Positions 56,501 to 64,000 of a stretch of 64,000 nucleotides of DNA are shown here, in pieces. The number at the start of each line of letters is the position of its first letter. Position 1 is the stretch's first letter. A model generated the notes under the pieces. That model ran no database searches, was not told where the DNA came from, and saw nothing but the letters and a program-made list of their open reading frames with translations. Position numbers and translations under genes: made by a program. Source of the stretch: Nemertoderma westbladi. Its lineage: Eukaryota > Animalia > Xenacoelomorpha. The stretch lies in contig JAUCBJ010001839.1 in the NCBI GenBank assembly GCA_032718475.1, forward strand, positions 1-64,000. The letters are read 5' to 3'.

Positions 56501-59500
56501 ATTAACTACAGGCCCCACTTACTAAACTACAGTCACCACTTACTAAACTACAGTCACCACTTACTAAACTACAGACCCAACTTACTAAACTACAGTCACC
56601 ACTTACTAAACTACAGTCACCACTTACTAAACTAAAGTCCCAACTTAATTAACTACAGGCCCCACTTACTAAACTACATTCCCCACTTACTAAACTACAG
56701 GCCCCACTTAATAAACTACAGACCCCACTTACTAAACTACAGACCCCACTTACTAAACTACAGTCACCACTTACTAAACTAAAGTCCCAACTTAATTAAC
56801 TACAGGCCCCACTTACTAAACTACATTCCCCACTTACTAAACTACAGGCCCCACTTACTAAACTACAGACCCCACTTACTAAACTACAGACCCCACTTAC
56901 TAAACTACAGTCACCACTTACTAAACTACAGACCCCACTTACTAAACTACAGTCACCACTTACTAAACTACATTCCCCACTTACTAAACTACAGGCCCCA
57001 CTTACTAAACTACAGACCCCACTTACTAAACTACAGACCCCACTTACTAAACTACAGTCACCACTTACTAAACTACAGACCAAACTTACTAAACTACAGT
57101 CACCACTTACTAAACTACAGACCCCACTTACTAAACTACAGACCCAACTTACTAAACTACAGACCCCACTTACTAAACTACAGTCACCACTTACTAAACT
57201 ACAGACCCAACTTACTAAACTACAGTCACCACTTACTAAACTACAGTCACCACTTACTAAACTAAAGTCCCAACTTAATTAACTACAGACCCCACTTAAT
57301 AAACTACAGACCCCACTTACTAAACTACAGTCACCACTTACTAAACTACAGTCACCACTTACTAAACTACAGTCCCGACTTACTAAACTACAGTCACCAC
57401 TTACTAAACTAAAGTCCCAACTTAATTAACTACAGGCCCCACTTACTAAACTACAGACCCCACTTACTAAACTAAAGTCCCAACTTAATTAACTACAGAC
57501 CCCACTTACTAAACTACAGGCCCCACTTACTAAACTACAGTCACCACTTACTAAACTACAGTCCCGACTTACTAAACTACAGTCACCACTTACTAAACTA
57601 AAGTCCCAACTTAATTAACTACAGGCCCCACTTACTAAACTACAGACCCCACTTACTAAACTACAGTCCCCACTTACTAAACTAAAGTCCCAACTTAATT
57701 AACTACAGTCCCGACTTACTAAACTACAGTCACCACTTACTAAATTACAGTCCCGACTTAATTAACTACAGGCCCCACTTACTAAACTACAGACCCCACT
57801 TACTAAACTACAGTCCCCACTTACTAAACTAAAGTCCCAACTTAATTAACTACAGACCCCACTTAATAAACTACAGACCCCACTTACTAAACTACAGTCA
57901 CCACTTACTAAACTACAGTCACCACTTACTAAACTACAGTCCCGACTTACTAAACTACAGTCACCACTTACTAAACTAAAGTCCCAACTTAATTAACTAC
58001 AGGCCCCACTTACTAAACTACAGACCCCACTTACTAAACTAAAGTCCCAACTTAATTAACTACAGACCCGACTTACTAAACTACAGGCCCCACTTACTAA
58101 ACTACAGTCACCACTTACTAAACTACAGTCCCGACTTAGTAAACTACAGTCACCACTTACTAAACTAAAGTCCCAACTTAATTAACTACAGGCCCCACTT
58201 ACTAAACTACAGACCCCACTTACTAAACTAAAGTCCCAACTTAATTAACTACAGACCCCACTTACTAAACTACAGTCACCACTTACTAAACTACAGTCCC
58301 GACTTACTAAACTACAGTCACCACTTACTAAACTAAAGTCCCAACTTAATTAACTACAGGCCCCACTTACTAAACTACAGACCCCACTTACTAAACTAAA
58401 GTCCCAACTTAATTAACTACAGACCCCCCTTACTAAACAACAGACCCCACTTACTAAACTAAAGTCCCAACTTAATTAACTACAGTCCCGACTTACTAAA
58501 CTACAGTCACCACTTACTAAACTACAGTCCCGACTTACTAAACTACAGTCACCACTTACTAAACTAAAGTCCCAACTTAATTAACTACAGGCCCCACTTA
58601 CTAAACTACAGACCCCACTTACTAAACTACAGACCCCACTTACTAAACTACAGACCCCACTTACTAAACTACAGACCCCACTTACTAAACTACAGTCCCG
58701 ACTTACTAAACTACAGTCACCACTTACTAAACTAAAGTCCCAACTTAATTAACTACAGGCCCCACTTACTAAACTACAGACCCCACTTACTAAACTAAAG
58801 TCCCAACTTAATTAACTACAGACCCCACTTACTAAACTACAGTCACCACTTACTAAACTACAGACCCCACTTACTAAACTACAGACCCCACTTACTAAAC
58901 TACAGTCCCGACTTACTAAACTACAGTCACCACTTACTAAACTAAAGTCCCAACTTAATTAACTACAGGCCCCACTTACTAAACTACAGACCCCACTTAC
59001 TAAACTAAAGTCCCAACTTAATTAACTACAGACCCCACTTACTAAACTACAGTCACCACTTACTAAACTACAGTCCCGACTTACTAAACTACAGACCCAA
59101 CTTACTAAACTACAGTCACCACTTACTAAACTACAGTCGCGACTTACTAAACTACAGTCACCACTTACTAAACTAAAGTCCCAACTTAATTAACTACAGG
59201 CCCCACTTACTAAACTACAGACCCCACTTACTAAACTAAAGTCCCGACTTACTAAACTACAGTCACCACTTACTAAACTACATTCCCCACTTACTAAACT
59301 ACAGGCCCCACTTACTAAACTACAGACCCCACTTACTAAACTACAGTCACCACTTACTAAACTACAGTCGCGACTTACTAAACTACAGTCACCACTTACT
59401 AAACTAAAGTCCCAACTTAATTAACTACAGGCCCCACTTACTAAACTACAGACCCCACTTACTAAACTACAGTCCCGACTTACTAAACTACAGTCACCAC

Positions 59501-62500
59501 TTACTAAACTACAGACCCCACTTACTAAACTAAAGTCCCAACTTAATTAACTACAGACCCCCCTTACTAAACAACAGACCCCACTTACTAAACTACAGTC
59601 ACCACTTACTAAACTAAAGTCCCAACTTAATTAACTACAGGCCCCACTTACTAAACTACAGACCCCACTTACTAAACTAAAGTCCCAACTTAATTAACTA
59701 CAGGCCCCACTTACTAAACTACAGTCACCACTTACTAAACTAAAGTCCCAACTTAATTAACTACAGGCCCCACTTACTAAACTACATTCCCCACTTACTA
59801 AACTACAGGCCCCACTTACTAAACTACAGACCCCACTTACTAAACTACAGACCCCACTTACTAAACTACAGTCACCACTTACTAAACTACAGTCACCACT
59901 TACTAAACTACAGACCCCACTTACTAAACTACAGACCCCACTTAATAAACTACAGACCCCACTTACTAAACTACAGTCACCACTTACTAAACGAAAGTCC
60001 CAACTTAATTAACTACAGACCCCACTTAATAAACTACAGACCCCACTTACTAAACTACATTCCCCACTTACTAAACTACATTCCCCACTTACTAAACTAC
60101 AGACCCCACTTACTAAACTACATTCCCCACTTACTAAACTACAGACCCCACTTACTAAACTACATTCCCCACTTACTAAACTACAGACCCCACTTACTAA
60201 ACTACAGTTACCACTTACTATATTACAGTCCCAACTTACTAAACTACAGTCACCACTTACTAAACTACAGACCCCACTTACTAAACTACAGTCACCACTT
60301 ACTAAACTAAAGTCCCAACTTAATTAACTACAGGCCCCACTTACTAAACTACAGACCCCACTTATAAACTACAGACCCCACTTACTAAACTACAGTCACC
60401 ACTTACTAAACTAAAGTCCCAACTTAATTAACTACAGGCCCCACTTACTAAACTACAGACCCCACTTATAAACTACAGACCCCACTTAATAAACTACAGT
60501 CACCACTTACTAAACTAAAGTCCCAACTTAATTAACTACAGGCCCCACTTACTAAACTACAGTCACCACTTACTAAACTACAGTCACCACTTACTAAACT
60601 ACAGACCCCACTTACTAAACTACAGACCCCACTTAATAAACTACAGACCCCACTTACTAAACTACAGTCACCACTTACTAAACTGCAGTCACCACTTACT
60701 AAACTAAAGTCCCAACTTAATTAACTACAGACCCCACTTAATAAACTACAGACCCCACTTACTAAACTACAGTCACCACTTACTAAACTACAGTCACCAC
60801 TTACTAAACTAAAGTCCCAACTTAATTAACTACAGACCCCACTTAATAAACTACAGTCCCAACTTACTAAACTACAGTCCCGACTTACTAAACTACAGTC
60901 ACCACTTACTAAACTAAAGTCCCAACTTAATTAACTACAGGGCCCACTTACTAAACTACAGTCCCGACTTACTAAACTACAGTCCCGACTTACTAAACTA
61001 CAGTCACCACTTACTAAACTAAAGTCCCCACTTACTAAACTACAGTCACCACTTACTAAACTAAAGTCCCGCCTTACTAAACTACAGTCCCCACTTACTA
61101 GACTACAGACCCAACTTACTATACTACAGTCACCACTTACTAAACTAAAGTCCCGCCTTACTAAACTACAGTCCTCACTTACTAAACTGAAGTCCCGCCT
61201 TACTAAACTACAGTCCCCACTTACTAGACTACAGACCCAACTTACTATACTACAGTCACCACTTACTAAACTAAAGTCCCCACTTACTAAACTACAGTCA
61301 CCACTTATTAAACTAAAGTCCCGCCTTACTAAACTACAGTCCCCACTTACTAAACTACAGACCCAACTTACTAAACTACAGTCACCACTTACTAAACTAA
61401 AGTCCCGCCTTACTAAACTACAGTCCTCACTTACTAAACTACAGTCCTCACTTACTAAACTACAGTCCCGACTTACTAAACTACAGACCCCACTTACTAA
61501 ACTAAAGTCCCGCCTTACTAAACTACAGTCCCTACTTACTAAACTAAAGTCCCAACTTAATTAACTACAGACCCCCCTTACTAAACTACAGACCCCACTT
61601 ACTAAACTACAGACCCCACTTACTAAACTACAGACCCCACTTAATAATCTACAGACCCCACTTACTAAACTACATTCCCCACTTACTAAACTAAAGTCCC
61701 AACTTAATTAACTACAGACCCCACTTACTAAACTACAGACCCCACTTACTAAACTACAGACCCCACTTACTAAACTACAGACCCCACTTACTAAACTAAA
61801 GTCCCGCCTTACTAAACTACAGTCCCCACTTACTAAACTACAGACCCCACTTACTAAACTACAGACCCCACTTACTAAACTACAGACCCCACTTAATAAT
61901 CTACAGACCCCACTTACTAAACTACATTCCCCACTTACTAAACTAAAGTCCCAACTTAATTAACTACAGACCCCACTTACTAAACTACAGACCCCAATTA
62001 CTAAACTACAGTCCCCACTTACTAAACTACAGACCCCACTTACTAAACTACAGACCCCACTTACTAAACTACAGACCCCACTTACTAAACTAAAGTCCCG
62101 CCTTACTAAACTACAGTCCTCACTTACTAAACTACAGTCCTCACTTACTAAACTACAGTCCCGACTTACTAAACTACAGACCCCACTTACTAAACTAAAG
62201 TCCCGCCTTACTAAACTACAGTCCCCACTTACTAAACTACAGACCCCACTTACTAAACTACAGACCCCACTTAATAATCTACAGACCCCACTTACTAAAC
62301 TACATTCCCCACTTACTAAACTAAAGTCCCAACTTAATTAACTACAGACCCCACTTACTAATCTACAGACCCCACTTACTAAACTACAGTCACCACTTAC
62401 TAAACTACAGGCCCCACTTACTAAACTACAGACCCCACTTACTAAACTACAGACCCCACTTAATAATCTACAGACCCCACTTACTAAACTACAGACCCCA

Positions 62501-64000
62501 CTTACTAAACTACAGACCCCACTTACTAAACTACAGACCCCACTTAATAATCTACAGACCCCACTTACTAAACTACAGACACCACTTACTAAACTACAGA
62601 CCCCACTTACTAAACTACAGACCCCACTTAATAATCTACAGACCCCACTTACTAAACTACAGACCCCACTTACTAAACTACAGACCCCACTTAATAATCT
62701 ACAGACCCCACTTACTAAACTACAGTCACCACTTACTAAACTACAGTCCCGACTTACTAAACTACAGTCACCACTTACTAAACTAAAGTCCCAACTTAAT
62801 TAACTACAGGCCCCACTTACTAAACTACAGCCCCCACTTATAAACTACAGACCCCACTTACTAAACTACAGTCACCACTTACTAAACTAAAGTCCCAACT
62901 TAATTAACTACAGGCCCCACTTACTAAACTACAGACCCCACTTATAAACTACAGACCCCACTTACTAAACTACAGTCACCACTTACTAAACTAAAGTCCC
63001 AACTTAATTAACTACAGACCCCACTTACTAAACTACAGACCCCACTTACTAAACTACAGACCCCACTTACTAAACTACAGACCCCACTTACTAAACTACA
63101 GTCACCACTTACTAAACTACAGACCCCACTTAATAATCTACAGACCCCACTTACTAAACTACAGACCCCACTTACTAAACTACAGACCCCACTTAATAAT
63201 CTACAGACCCCACTTACTAAACTACAGACACCACTTACTAAACTACAGACCCCACTTACTAAACTACAGACCCCACTTAATAATCTACAGACCCCACTTA
63301 CTAAACTACAGACCCCACTTACTAAACTACAGACCCCACTTACTAAACTACAGACCCCACTTAATAATCTACAGACCCCACTTACTAAACTACATTCCCC
63401 ACTTATTAAACTAAAGTCCCAACTTAATTAACTACAGACCCCACTTACTAAACTACAGACCCCACTTACTAAACTACAGACCCCACTTACTAAACTACAG
63501 ACCCCACTTACTAAACTACAGTCACCACTTACTAAATTAAAGTCCCAACTTAATTAACTACAGACCCCCCTTACTAAACTACAGACCCCACTTACTAAAC
63601 TACAGTCCCCACTTACTAAACTACAGACCCCATTTACTAAACTAAAGGCCCAACTTAATTAACTACAGTCCCCACTTACTAAACTACAGTCACCACTTAC
63701 TAAACTACAGACCAAACTTACTAAACTACAGACCCCACTTACTAAACTACAGACCCCACTTACTAAACTACAGACCCCACTTACTAAACTACAGACCCCA
63801 CTTACTAAACTACAGACCCCACTTACTAAACTACAGTCACCACTTACTAAACTACAGACCCCACTTAATAATCTACAGACCCCACTTACTAAACTACAGA
63901 CCCCACTTACTAAACTACAGACCCCACTTAATAATCTACAGACCCCACTTACTAAACTACAGACACCACTTACTAAACTACAGACCCCACTTACTAAACT
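53503..64000. repeat. 21-bp satellite 2 (consensus cttactaaactacagacccca), more than 10.4 kb, runs off the window
   Basis: About 500 tandem units; variants cagtcacca, aagtcccaa/cttaattaa, cattcccca, aagtcccgc cluster regionally. Confidence 0.97.

Noticed and set aside
55494-57083. VCSLVSG-repeat ORFs
   Set aside because: Chance stop-free runs in satellite 2; TAA-containing variants interrupt them throughout.

Overview
AT-rich animal genomic DNA, probably from a marine invertebrate (inferred from the transposon families). The window lies inside one large minus-strand gene. I traced 29 GT-AG, all-phase-1 exons (631-53480; 3645 nt, about 1215 aa) encoding a continuous run of acidic calcium-binding-type EGF domains. 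They are built from duplicated 5-exon cassettes: four unique exons, then (E-D-E-D-A)x2 and (E-D-C-B-A)x3. A complete two-coding-exon ARH3/ADPRHL2-like ADP-ribosylhydrolase gene is nested antisense in one intron. The introns also hold a GalEa-type Ty1/copia element, a Ty3/gypsy element whose PBS position is complementary to its own LTR (candidate self-priming), LINE remnants, Helitron-like, hAT-like and MULE-like non-autonomous elements, a three-copy TGT-targeting element whose joined ends resemble a tyrosine-recombinase site, and two unrelated 21-bp satellites. Paralogous introns provide empty sites that fix many insertion boundaries. All coordinates were read by eye; no searches were run.
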